A stretch of 64,000 bases of DNA from Antedon mediterranea. Its lineage: Eukaryota; Animalia; Echinodermata. Every line of letters begins with the position of its first letter. The stretch's first letter is position 1. The stretch covers positions 12,569,432 to 12,633,431 of the forward strand of contig NC_092679.1 of NCBI RefSeq assembly GCF_964355755.1. The letters are read 5' to 3'. A program made the translations under genes and the position numbers. Below the pieces are notes generated by a model. The model saw nothing but the letters and a program-made list of their open reading frames with translations, ran no database searches and had not been told where the DNA came from. Shown here piece after piece: positions 40,313 to 53,635 of the stretch.

Positions 40313-40963
40313 TATATATAATATACAAAAAGCATAATTTCATCATTAAGCACACACAATGGCAAGATAGAACTTTGTATGATGAATAAATGAAAGAACA
40401 GAAGTGTTTGGTAATATATATTGATGGAATAGATGCAGATTATAGGAATCATTTGTAAGGCTATTAAATTGCTAGATATGACATAAAAAGATGATGCTAA
40501 TGAAAATGTACAATAGGCTGTGCAAAAATTGGATTATAAAATGTCATTAGTATTTTCAACAATATGAATTATGAATTCTAACCAAATACAATATTGACAG
40601 AAGAACACTTTACAGGGATTTTTATTGGTACTAAAATATGCATGAATCTTGTAAGTTTCATATTGTTGCTGCTACCTCTCTTATCATTATTATCTGAACT
40701 ACTTCCTTCTTTCCATTATTAGCGTTTTTTAAAAATTTTTTATGGCGCAGCACATAGACTGTTATGCAACAGAGCGCAACTATAGTATTACATATTTAGA
40801 ATAACATGTTAATTTATTCCTAAAACAATTTCCTGGCTCCTAGGCTCCTATGCTTATAAAAAGCATAATGAAAGAGAGGAATATTCTGGTCCTAAGAAGC
40901 AAAACCAAACTATTTTTGATGAAACTGCAGGACTTTCCTCCAAACAATCCAGATCATATTAAT

Positions 40964-41530
40964 AAACTACTTCCTCTGTGTCATCATCTTTAAACTACTT
41001 CCTCTGTGTTGTCATCTTCAAAACTACTTCCTCTGTGTTGTCATCCTCTAAACTACTTCCTCTATGCCATCATTCATAAAAAACTACTTCTAATATGCCA
41101 TCATTCTCTGAACTACTTCCTCTATGCCATCATTTTCTAAACTACTTTCAATATTCCATCATTCTCTGAACTTCTTCCTCTGTGCCATCATTCTCTAGGT
41201 AAACTACTTCCTCTGTGCTATCATCCTTTAAACTACTTCCAATATGCCATCATTCTCTGAACTACTTCCTCTATGCCATCATTCTCTAAGTAAACTACTT
41301 CCTCTGTGCAATCATCCTTTAAACTACTTCCAATATGCCATCATTCTCTGAACTACTCCTCTGTGCCATCATTCTCTAGGTAAACTACTTCCTCTGTGCT
41401 ATCATCCTTTAAACTACTTCCAATATGCCATCATTTTCTGAACTACTTCCTCTATGTCATCATTCTCTAGGTAAACTACTTCCTCTGTGCTATCATCCTT
41501 TAAACTACTTCCAATATGCCATCATGCTCT
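40964..41530. repeat. ~29-bp minisatellite with three-unit higher-order repeat
   Basis: Unit AAACTACTTCCTCTGTGCCATCATTCTCT; three variants cycle from about 41200. Confidence 0.9.
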
Positions 41531-43247
41531 TGTCATATCTTCATTATTCTGTAAGCAACTTCTTCCTTGTCATAATTATCCTCTGAACTACTAGATCTCT
41601 CCTCGCTATTATCGTCCATGTTGCCATCCTCTAAGCAATTTCTTCATTGTCATGAATATCTTGTGAACTACTTCTGTGTTTAATTATCTTAAGTCGTCAT
41701 CACTCTCACCATATGAAATGTCAATGGCACTTATGTAAGATCTTTTTTAGTAGATTTGCTTTAGGAAAATTATACTAGGTGTTGACCTCTGAATAGTCTG
41801 CATGTTGTATTATGGCCTATATATAATTTAAGTATTTTTCATTTTTTTTGTAATTGATTTGTTTTAAATGTCATTATATACAATTTTGTTGTTTTAAACC
41901 AAATCCAATATTAACGGCAATGGAAGCATGTTAATAGTGAAATTGTTATTCAATGTTACGTTATACGTAAGGTGATTTGATCGTTCCATAGGGGAATATC
42001 AAAGGAGTATAGATATTATTTACGTTGCCTTTTTCCCTATGGACTTAATGTTGGCGCGTATTATATGCAGTAATGCATGCATAGATTATATGTGTTGTTG
42101 GAGTCTTAAGATGTCTCTCGTGGACGATAGGTGATAATATGTAAAACAACTGTTGTCGAAACCGCGGGTTACAAGACAGGTTTTAGAACAACCCATCGTT
42201 AGAATTATTCAAGATATATAATACTGACAGTGTAATTGTAGTATGTATGTGATATTTATTTATTAAAATTATTTTTTTATAACTAAAAAATGTCAACATT
42301 TTGGGTTCCCTTCTTTTAAACCTCAAAATACAATGGTTGGACTAGAACAGCCTCATCGCTCATTCATGCATTGCATTGCCATGATTGCTTATTCAATATT
42401 TGTTTATATGGCAAAGCATCATCAAATTGTACTTTCAATAATGAATACCATACTGTAATGGTGGTCTAATAAGACTATGGCAAGCAAAAAAAGGATTTTA
42501 TACTGTTGAAAGTAGTGTAGCTGTAGCTTGGTGATTAACTTATCTTCCACTCCCACTCTCAAAACCTAAAATGAGACTTAAGCACAATACAGTTTTTATT
42601 CATCCTGTAATTTACGAGTTTCTTGCTGTTAGATGTGTATAAAATAAAAAGTGTTTTCATAACTCCCAACAAGATATTTAAAGTTAGTTTTAAAACATAT
42701 TTTAAAATACTTAAATGTTTATCCCCCCAGAAACATGAAGATTAATAAAAATTATACTTTGATTAGGCCATTTTGCAGTATTATTAAAGTTATTCACTTT
42801 CATAGCTAAAAATGAAAAAAAGATTTCACTTATAAAAGATATAATAATTTTTGGTCAAAATGAATAAGTATTATATGAAATTAAAATGATATATTCAACC
42901 AAAAGAAAACATTGCAGGGGAACAATATATCTTTAAATCCTTTATAACATAACATTAAAACAAATCTTGTAGGCCTAGTATATAGTATGTGAATTTATTT
43001 TTAGTTCAAAATGTCTGAATCTATGCTTTTATAGTATATTGGCTATCAATGTTTGGCCATTTATTTATCATTCCAAGCTATGATTTGTTGATATAAATAT
43101 ATAGACCTAAATAGTACCAAACTTTGTTAGTTTTTTTAAAATATATATATTTTTTTAATGCAAATTATACAGATCTCATTTGCTTATTTTGTGCACCGAA
43201 AATCCATTTAAATCAGTTGACTAAAATATCATCGTTACTTAAAATAC

Positions 43248-43472
43248 AATGCGTCAAAAGTTCAAGATACTACAGTAGTTGATCTGACATTAACAGCTGA
43301 TTTCTGTTGTGTTGCAGCAAAAAAATTAACTTTTTTTGTTTTTCTGTTTTTCTGGTTGAATGCGTCAAAAGTTCAAGATACTACAGTAGTTGATCTGACA
43401 TTAACAGCTGATTTCTGTTGTGTTGCAGCAAAAAAATTAACTTTTTTTGTTTTTCTGTTTTTCTGGTTGAAT
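43248..43472. repeat. perfect 111-bp tandem duplication
   Basis: Copies start at 43248 and 43359; AATG junction microhomology. Confidence 0.92.
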
Positions 43473-46309
43473 GACAAACATTCCAACATGCCATCAATTG
43501 AATGGTACAACATTATTTTTAAAGGCCATTTTACTGATTATTTTTATTTTTACATTTTTCTGATGTTTCTGTTTCCAAATAAATGGAGAATTCATGTGCA
43601 ATTTCCCCGCAGCAGAAACAGAGCCTTGGTTTAAAACCATAGAGTATCGCGATATATCTTCTTCTGGTTGCTCTTTTCCGTTTTTGTTATTTTTATGTAA
43701 TATGATTTTACAAGCATAAATTGCCCCAGAGCTGTCTCCTCACCTCAACAGGTTGAAATGTAGTTTAAAACCTTGCCAGTTCAATTCTGGTTATTTCGAT
43801 ACCCCTTTTGTAATGGATACTTGCAACCGTACACTATATCTCAATCATATACACTATCTTCCTCTTATAGTAGGGTTGCCGAGAGTTGACTCCATTGTTA
43901 TTGCCACGATTCAGCTCCGCGTACGTTACCATGCGCGCTATGTCATTGACGCGATTATTTGTCCATTGGTAAACACATTTTTATGTAATATTATTCTGAA
44001 AATAATTGAACTGTAAACATAATTCTTTTGAGTATTTATTTATTTACATATCATTCCATAAGATCAACTATTTTTTATCGTCATTACATTCAACCAAACA
44101 TGTAAAAAATGTGGTTAAAATATCGTACTGTCTAGCGCGTACGACCATACGCGGTAGATTGTTTACTCAAAAACCTTCGAACGGTCCAGTGACCTAACCC
44201 TATTCAACCTTGTTTTTGTAGTTGAGCCTCTCATGACCTGGGATTTGTTTGTCTTCCTACGCCAAGATAATATAGTTCTACATGCCATGTGCTTTTTTCT
44301 CTGAGAAATATTTATTATAAGTGCCAAAAAAACGGTTTTTTCTCTATATGAAGCCTTTATTATTTAAATCTTTTAGAGAAAAATCACACATACCATAAAG
44401 CAGGTCCATTTATTTCATTTTTTAAATAAAATTGTGAAAATTACGTGAGGCTCAACTACAAAACCACCATTTTGTGATATGATGTCATCGTAAGCCAATC
44501 AAAGCTGAGATTTCCCGCGATCGGCAGAGCTATGGTTGAATGATTTTGGATCCTGGCTATTTGATTGGTGGACGCGAATCACCCACAGCGGAATGTTTTC
44601 TCTCGCGTGTACCGCGAAGTCACATGGTCTGTCTGTACTGCTGTTACTACACAAATTTAGAGCAATGAATTTGTACGAATATCGTTAAATAAACAATTTT
44701 ATATATTTTGTAAACATTTAATAACATATTTTATTGATATTTCCAATGTTGATATATAAAATAAATTACTATAAAACGTAATTATTTGTAATTATTTTAG
44801 CGAAAAACGGTGTGGTTCATACAATTGTCGACTGAGGGCGCAATTTGTTTACAACGTTCGTGGCCAAAAACGATCATTTTCGGAGATGTTTTAGACCTTA
44901 TATTTCGAAAACTACAAGTTAGATTTTCGTAATTCTTTCTTTATTGGAATATTGAAACAAAATACTAACATATAATGTTTAAATTGGTTGAAAAATAACA
45001 ACTTTTAATTTTGCATTGTTATCCCGACTTATAGTAGATTTAATTTTGAAAAATAAAATAAATTTGAATTGCATTAAAAACTTTCCAGATTTCACTATAT
45101 ATTCTAGTTTTCACAATAGAATAAATTTGAATTTAATTTAAGTAAATTTTTCTTGAAATTTCAAATTTATTCTTCATTTCTTACAAAAAAAATATAGTTT
45201 GAGATAGTTTGAGTTACTGGTAGCTTTTCTATTACTAAAAATAGTCAACAGAAAATTGAATTTATTTAAAATGTCAATATATGTAATGTTATTCCCACTG
45301 GAAATTCATGCTACAGGGTTGCTATGCTATTTGCAGTAAAACACATGAATATAAAATTCACTTAGGAGGAATAATTTGATTAACGCCACTCTGGAAAACA
45401 CTACTCAAAAGCAAGCCAAGACGTAAGCACAAAATAATTTGTCGTCGTTAAGTGTGATATACTTTCATGCTGTCTTTCACCGATTCTCACGCAAGATTTG
45501 TGATACCGTATGTGTATCGATCTTTATTAGTGTGTTCAGAAAAACACAAAATATTTGTGAAGAAAACGAAGCTAAGTCTGCACTGTTACTGATTTATGTG
45601 TGGTGTACCATGAATTGAGATGTAGAAGATCAATATTCAACCCATTTAAGGTTTTTATTTTTATACAACTAACATAATGCATCTATTGGTAATTGTTAAA
45701 GCGTAAATGATTTGGTCAATTTTGCTCTTTGATAGATAGATATGAATATTCTGCCTAATCACAATCCTGCCTATATGCTTATTAGTAAGTTCTTGATTGT
45801 GTATTATAATAGGTATTTGATATGTAATATAAACTACATCAACATATCATAATAAAGATTGTTTCCTATGCATGTAGGAATGTTGGTATGCGTGGGAGTA
45901 TAATATACGTGCTTACGTGTTTACGTAAGTGCACTCAAAATTATCATTTTATGAAAGCAAGGATAAAGCTTTTAAGCATATTTTCTAAACTCTTATTGTA
46001 AATTTGTCCGATTATACCCATATATTTGAGATGATGGATCACTTGAAAACACAGACAAGTTTTCATTATAATTATACGTTCATTTTCTTAGTTATGTCGT
46101 AAAATAAAATAGTCTTTTCCAATTACAATACTATTTATAGAAAATTTTAATTTGTTCTGTACTGAAATAGAAATTTTTAACCTTGATTTGTTTTAACGTC
46201 TTTGGTAAAAATACTGATGTCCCGGAGGGAGAATCGCAAAATGTTAAACATTGATTAGTTTCAATCAAATACACTTTGTTTGATTTAAACCGAATACAAC
46301 AAAGTATAC

Positions 46310-46986
46310 TGTCTTCTAGCCACTTATTATTCTTCTGTTCTTGGTCAATAACCACTTTATTCTTCTGTTGTCTTGAAAGACAATCATTGACCAATTATTC
46401 TTTTTCAGTTCTAGACAGACAGTCAGTAACCACTTATTATTCTTCTGTTCTTAAAAGACAATCAGTGATGACTTATTCTTCTTCTGGAAAAACAGTCAGT
46501 TACCACTTATTTTTCTGTTCTTGAAAGATGTCAGTCAGTAGCCATTTATTCTTTCTCTGTTCTGGAAAGACAGTCAATGACCGCTTATTCTTCCTCTGTT
46601 CTGGAAAGACAGCTAGCAACCACTTACTCTTCCTCTGTTCTGGAAAGACAGTCAGCAACCACTTATTCTTCCTCTGTTCTGGAAAGACAGTCACCAACCA
46701 CTCATTCTTCTCCTGTTCTGGAAAAACAGTCAGTGACCACTTATTCTTCTGTTCTTTAAAGACAGTTAGTAACCACTTATTCTTTCTTTGTTCTGGAAAG
46801 ACAGTCAGTAAACCACTTATTCTTCAGTTCTTGAAAGACAGTTAGTGACCACTTGTTCTTCTGTTCTTGAAAGACATCAGCCAGTAACCGCTTATTCTTC
46901 CCCTGTTCTGGTAAGACAGTCAGTAACCACTTTATTCGTCTTCTGTTCTTTAAAAAACAGCCAGTAACCACTTATTCTTATGTTCT
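46310..46986. repeat. ~36-39-bp minisatellite
   Basis: Unit TCTGGAAAGACAGTCAGTAACCACTTATTCTTCCTCTGT. Confidence 0.9.
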
Positions 46987-49144
46987 CTATCTTAATTGGT
47001 AGCCTCATAAACTCTTCTTATTACTCTTAATTGTTTTTCTTCATGATATCTAGTAGCCTAACATTGTTTTTTTTTCTTTTATGAGGTTGTACTCTTCAAT
47101 CCATTTCTCAATGAGAGAGAGAAATGATGATGATATTTTACAATAAAAAAAATTACTCTCCAGAAACATTTTATAGTCAAATCAACATAAATGTGTACAA
47201 GAAAAGTTCAGTGTCTTATTTCATTTAGCCTTCAGTATAATAGAATATGTCACAAGAGAGATTTTAAAATTTATTTTTTGAATAATGAGGAATGATATTA
47301 TTATCTGTTTGTCTAGTATTAAGTGTTCATACTGTTTTGAAACTACCTTAAATGAAACTAACTTATATGAAATTGAATATTTTGGCTATTTTATGTAAAA
47401 TAGTAGGCCTATGGTAATTTATAAGTAATATTCCAAACATCTGTGTAAAATATACAAATAAGTAAGTTTGGCCAAATTACCAGCTGCGAATTTAATACAT
47501 AAATATGTAATACCAATTGTACTGTATAAAGGCAAGCGTAATCATGGTCCGAAGTTAGATGTTGATAAGCTGACGAAGGACTTACTTAAAGAGCTGAATA
47601 CTTCTGTCACTGAAACATAGAACAAAAAAGATAGGACTGTAAATTCAGTTCAGGACGACAGGTCCTTCCTCTATTTCAATTTCCTGAATCTGCCATTGCC
47701 GTCATGTTTTTCTTTGTGTCTTTATTTACTGTATTTATTTATCTTTATAAATGTGTTATTGTGTACAAAGAAAGAGTGTGTGTGAAAAGTAATAATATTT
47801 AGGCCTATATGTTTCCTACCAACTTTTTAAAGACGATTCAGCCAGGCCCCACCTAAATTTCATAATTACAATGCAAAGTATAAAAAATTAGTTCATCACT
47901 TTTACAATTTTAAGTCCTGAGTTCTGTTACATTATTGTGCTAAATAATTAATATGATCTTTGATGTATACTCTAGAAGATATTGAGGGTGCACTAGAGAC
48001 ACAAAGTTGTTATGGAAACACGACTTCTAGAGCTGAAATAAGTAACAGTCTTTACGTGTATTTACATCTGTCACTAGTCTCAGTATTTATAATATATTGT
48101 TAAGCATAATAAGTTCCCAATTTCAAAATTAAGTAGTTGTGTTTTTGTACTTTTACTTCTTTTTTACTTTGACAATAATGATAAAAGAAATTACATCACC
48201 CACATTATGTTATATCTAAAATTATATAACACAGAAATATCTAAAAATGTGTGTTTTATTGATTACCTACTTATAAATTCAATTAGTTTAAAACATAACG
48301 TTACATCTTTTTACAGCCTTTAATATTCCTTCATCATTTCTAACAAGTTTTTTTGGCGCCAGATATATAGACCATGTTGTTTACACGACACAGTTCCACT
48401 CAGTTTTATTGCCCTAAGGACCCTTATTAATCATATTCTTTATTCATTTTATTGATTGACAAAGATTGTTTAGAAAATGTAATCGAATTAAGTAGTATAT
48501 TTTTTTCCCATTGCAAATGATAATGAGAAAGGTTTAAAGCTGTTTTGAGTTTAAAAGGGAAATTACATACACAGTGGTTTTTAGTGTTCCTTTAGATAAA
48601 ATACAGATTGGGATTATCTGAACTGAACAAAACTTGATTGTACCTCTTTTATATCAGAGGTACGTATCAAGGAGATGTACAAAAATTATACAGTAAATTT
48701 TTAAAAATAAAAGAAAAGAACAAATTAAATAATATTTTAATACAATGTATGTTTTGTCATGACATGTGGTAAAGTATATGTAAAGTGAAAATGTAACAAA
48801 TAAACACATTTGGTGTATGTTGAGGGTGGTTACATAATCATGACATTTAGTAAGTTTTGATGTGTCCTCACAAAATCCCAAACATTTATTGGCCATAGTA
48901 CAGGGATTTGTTCAAAAAAGTGGCAAATTCCGACCTTTTTATTTTTTTAATTACTGTAGGAAGTGTAAGTATTGTCCACTGAAAATGACAAATATGTTTT
49001 AAATCATTCATCCTCTTGAGAAAATTTAGATTATTCCCTTTATGAACTTGCAGGATTCACAGTGCAGCCCTAACCATGACTGAGAAGGACCAGTATTCTG
49101 ATATTTTAATAAAGCAATTTATAAATCCATATTTTATATTTCAG

Positions 49145-49321
49145 CTTTTCTTCAGTGGTTCAAAGATAGAACTTGCACTGTTAGAACTTGCTGAAGCTAA
49201 GGATCCAAGGATAACGGTGATGGGTAATTTGGTTATTGGCATTGAAGATGTTGAAGAGTTGGACCCTATAACTTTCAGGACTCCTGAGTCGGTCTTGATT
49301 GTTCCAAAGTGGGAAGCAGGT
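49145..49321 (+). CDS. NRXN: alpha-neurexin exon, end of LNS2 and start of LNS3
   Basis: tttcAG / GTAAGT, 177 nt, phase 0-0. LFFSGSKIELALLELAEAKDPRITVMGNLVIGIEDVEELDPITFRTPESVLIVPKWEAG contains the neurexin LDPITFxTPES...PKW motif. Confidence 0.95.
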
Positions 49322-51738
49322 GTAAGTATACAGAACATGTAGGCCTACTAACAATTATTTATCTTATATTCCAGCACAGATCTGACAATTCAAGTATTTC
49401 GTTTTTCAACTAACTATGGACCTTAAACTTACGTCATTTTAATTTCTAAATTACACACTTTTAACACAGTTTTGGTGGACTCTATGCTTAGAACAACGAT
49501 GTGACACAATATGCATAGATCAGAGGTTCTAGATTGTTGATAATGGAAAGCTGCCTCAGATTTTAACATAAGTCAATACATTTTTGTATCTAGTAATTTA
49601 ATACTAACATAGAAATTTACCTGTAATTTATAATCATAATATTATGTTAAGTAGCTATGATGTATGTCAGGGTTGTTTCCCACAGACAATACGTTTTTGT
49701 TTTAAATATATGCCTACTTCTTGATTTGCCACCTGCTTGACTCTCGCACCTAGGTACCCCAGAGCCTATATTGGAGAGACGATAGCAGCATTTAATGATG
49801 CTGAAAGAAAAACAAATTTAATGTTCCTTTTTGGTCAGTATTTCATTATGGGGATGATGGAGTGTGTATGATATTACATCCTCTGTTATCAATTATGCAA
49901 AGGGGTATTTTGTTTGACGCCATAAAAAATTAAATCTGTAGAGGGTGGTCAACCTATACCAAATTAGATGCTTTTGGGAAAAACTTAAACATAAAATATC
50001 TCTAACAGACTCCACTATAAACATTGTGGATACAGTTAATATGCATGTCTTATGATGAAATAAAAATGTTGAACCAATACAGACCTAAGACTCGGTATAT
50101 TAAGGTTTTCATAAAAAAAAACATATTCTTACAGCAACGCTGCCGGGAATGTAGAGGTTTAAGTGACGATACTTTTGAGGAGGTGAATATAAATGGGTGT
50201 GCATGAGGGAATAATTTTGTTAGAAAAGCAAATTGAATTTGTATGCAGGGTATGTTGAGTAAACAATTAACAAGCAATTAATACATTTTGAAACTAATGG
50301 TCAGGGTGAGGTAATCATCATGGGAATGGTAATGGGTACATTTGCATGATAACGTATGTTTGGCATGCAAGCAATAATAAAATGTAAACCGGTAATTTAA
50401 AAAAGGTTAATATGTTAGGTAAAAAAGAAGGTTGAACAGGTTAGCATGCAAGCTGGGTAATGCTAAACATTCAAAAAGGTTAACTAGAATAGACAATAAT
50501 TGGGGTAAACATGTGATATAAATCTAAACAGGTTAGGCCATAACAGAGGGATTAACAGATTAACAAGCAACATGGCTATGGTAATCGAAGTTTAAAAAGT
50601 AAAGGGTAACAGGTTGGGTAATAAAAAGAAAAGTCAATGGTATAAAGTAATACAAAGAAGGATAAACAGGTTGGCTGTATGGTGAACAGGTGAGAAAATA
50701 AATTAAAACAAGTATTGAAAGAATTGGTTTAAATTGGTTTTAGGTAAGCGGGAGGGTGAACAGATAAGGTCAGGTAGATGTATCTTCCTGGTTAGGTTTA
50801 AAAAGAAATGTTTGAACTGCTGTAGAGAAAGTTTGTTCCATTTCATTTGGCATTATTCTTCGGAAATAGAATAGCATTTAAACATTGACCTCAGGTTTCC
50901 TGGTGGATACCTATCTGAAACACATTAATGTGAAGATTCACTGAATCAATGACACATCAGGTTTGGTCTGAACATCTCCAGTTCCAGTGATTGGAACTGT
51001 TACTATCAATCAAATGTAAATCTTCAAAGTTGTGCTAGGGTAGTTTGCATTATTGATGTTATATCAATATGGCTTTATTTAACCTGTTAACTGAGTTATT
51101 ATAAAAGCATGTTGTTTAAATTTTCAAAAGGATAAAAAAACTGACTAATAGATATGCTGTCATTTATACACACAAATATAAATTAAATATGAGTATCTTA
51201 TCTTAAGTGTTTAAACTAAATAAATGATCCCATAGAATTTAAATTTCTTATTGTACTGAAAAATTAGTGGAGCGATAAAAATCTTTCTGATGTGCAAGTT
51301 TGTACACAGATCTGTGTGTATATATTCAACAGCTTAATTATTATACAAATAATTAATGTTTTCATTCGTGCAATGGTAGTTTATGAAAGATACTTTCAAT
51401 TGATTGAAAGAAAACAATATTTGTTAAATAAATCAGTTTAGTAGCAACTGAGAGTTGGGGTTAGTCCATTATATTTAACCAGAAATGCATGGCATATTTA
51501 AATGATATATACAGTATAAAATACTTTTCATGTGATCTAAAAACCTCCAATCAAAGACCTTCTTACAGTAGGTGCTACAAAATTAATATTTGAATAAATT
51601 ACATAGCCTATTTAAACATGTGATTGTGATTGTCCGAAATGGAATCACTTACCCTTTATTCCGAGGAACAATATTGTTACCCGGGCAATATAACTTGATA
51701 AAAATATAGTTCTCTCAGGAATATATATATATATATAC

Positions 51739-51815
51739 TTTTTTTTTTCTATCTCTATTGAGATCCAGCCACTGATACCCACAGCATTGCCATTTTTTCA
51801 GTTATTTACCTTTGG

Positions 51816-51855
<40 letters not shown>

Positions 51856-52080
51856 CCAGAGACAAATTAATGAAAAAAGACCTTGCTGTGGGTATCAGTG
51901 GCTGGATCTCAATAGAGATACAAAAAAAAAAGCGAAAAGATAAATCAAAACGATAAAATAAAACAGCCAGAAATGTTAGCAGAGCTTTCGGCAACACTAG
52001 CCCTTCATCAGTGCAAGTGAAGGAATTGGGATAACGTCATAGTATAAGAGCTGGCAAGTGCTGCCTGGGTGGACAGGAAT
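51739..52080. repeat. two family A copies tail-to-tail across a (TA)n tract
   Basis: 51739-51817 (+) and 51853-52080 (-); hammerhead-like core on - strand at about 51979-52014. Confidence 0.85.
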
Positions 52081-52155
52081 AAAACATGACCTGAATTATT
52101 ATTTTATTAATTTGAGGTGTTTTGCAATAATTAACTATTTTATATTTATTATTAG

Positions 52156-52395
52156 GGAAGAGGTTCGTTGTCATTCAGCTTCCGAACTATTGAACCTAAT
52201 GGACTACTGATGTACAGTAGAGGAGCTGAAATCAATGGAGATTTCTTTGCTGTTGAGCTATTTGAAGGTCGATTATTTGTTATAATCAACTTAGGCGGTG
52301 GTATGACACGCTCCATGCCTTACATGAACCTGTTTAATGATGGTAGTTGGCACAATGTGGTTATAACAAGGATGGATGTTATTACAAAAGTCCAG
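52156..52395 (+). CDS. NRXN: alpha-neurexin exon, LNS3 core
   Basis: attAG / CAG-GTGAGT, 240 nt, phase 0-0. GRGSLSFSFRTIEPNGLLMYSRG...DFFAVELFEGRLFVIINLGGG...NDGSWHNVVITR matches GSISFDFRTTEPNGL...DFFAIEMLDG...NDGEWYHV. Confidence 0.95.
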
Positions 52396-52800
52396 GTGAG
52401 TTCCTAACTATCTTGCCTACGAAGAGATTGTTTAATCATGGTAGTTGGCACAATTTAGGTATAACAAGGATGGATGTTATTACAAAAGTCCAGGTGAGTT
52501 CATAACTATCTTGACTACGAAGAGGTTGTTTAATGATGGTAGTTGTCACAATGTTATAACAAAGATAGATGTCAGTACAAAAGTCCAGATAAGTTTCTAA
52601 CTATCTTGCCTACAAAAAGGTTGTTTAATGATGGTAGTTAGTCTAATTTAGGTATTACAAGAATGGATGTCAGTACAAAAGTCCAGGTGAGTTTCTTACT
52701 ATCATGACTACAAAGAGGTTGTATAATGATGGTAGTTGGGACAATGTGATTATAAAAAGGATAGGAGTCCATGCAAAAGTTCTGGCAAGTTCCTACTATG
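52331..52800 (+). repeat. five tandem ~98-bp copies of the exon 3' end plus splice donor
   Basis: Copies start at about 52331, 52429, 52527, 52622 and 52720. Confidence 0.92.
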
Positions 52801-53300
52801 ATGTAGGATTAACTATTATGCTAAATAGTTTCCAAAGTCCACACATTTTGTACCAATAAAAACTGTTAAAAATTATTTTTAGAAATGAAGATTGTGCAGT
52901 ATTTTAAGGTATATTTTATCCTCTTCTCAATGAGAATCAATTGTTTTGTGAAAAAATAACGGATACTGTAGGAAAACGCTGTTCTAGTACAGTTGAATAT
53001 TGTTATATTACAAATGATACAACTATAATAAAGAAGGCCAGTTTAGAGTAGACAAGTATGACAACCTATTTGTCTTGTCACACATTCTGACCAAAGCTCC
53101 AATTTGGCTCCTCTTTCAAACTGATGATCATTCATTGAAATTTCTTTATGATTTTCTATATTAAAATAATGGAATAGGAGTTATGCAATTGAATTTGGAA
53201 GATTAAGATATTTAACAATAATCTGCTATCTTTAATTACTTGAATTGATATTGTACAGTAAGATTTTTCGTCGCGTGGACACGACTCTATAGTTCACTAT

Positions 53301-53635
53301 TTACATCGTAGAGAGAATACAAGATGGTTTCTGTGACGGGCGATTTTTTTCCCAGTTTCTTCTAAGTCACGTGATAATTTTGTGATTTTTTTGCCGTAAT
53401 TCGTTTTAACATGATTGAAAATGTTCATCTGGTTTGTAGGTATAAGTATCTTGAAAATATTCTTTTTTCCAAACCAATAATTAGTAAAAACTAACCTTGA
53501 CAGTTTTGCTGTCCTGATCGGATAGCTTCTTCAGAAATATATTATTTCTGAAGAAGCTGTCCGATCAGGACAGCGAAACTGTCAAGGTTAGTTTTTACTA
53601 ATTATTGGTTTGGAAAAAAGAATATTTTCAAGATA
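53301..53635. mobile_element. Penelope-type insertion with 95-bp inverted arms and 14-bp TSD
   Basis: CTATAGTTCACTAT at 53287-53300 and 53636-53649; arms 53445-53539 / 53543-53637. Confidence 0.82.
53545..53586 (+). ncRNA. minimal hammerhead-like motif (mutated mirror copy on - strand)
   Basis: CUGAAGA A GCUGUCC-GAUCA-GGACAGC GAAACUGUC. Stem I is cut by the inversion point. Confidence 0.62.

Noticed and set aside
43871-45030. Short inverted repeats (TAGGGTT/AACCCTA; TTGTAGTTGAGCCTC pair) suggesting DNA transposons
   Set aside because: Probably TE relics, but no TSD or clear boundaries could be established.
46131-46971. Cluster of repetitive ORFs
   Set aside because: Minisatellite translation.
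47540-47670. CTGACGAAGGAC hammerhead-like start
   Set aside because: No properly placed stem II closure plus GAAA.
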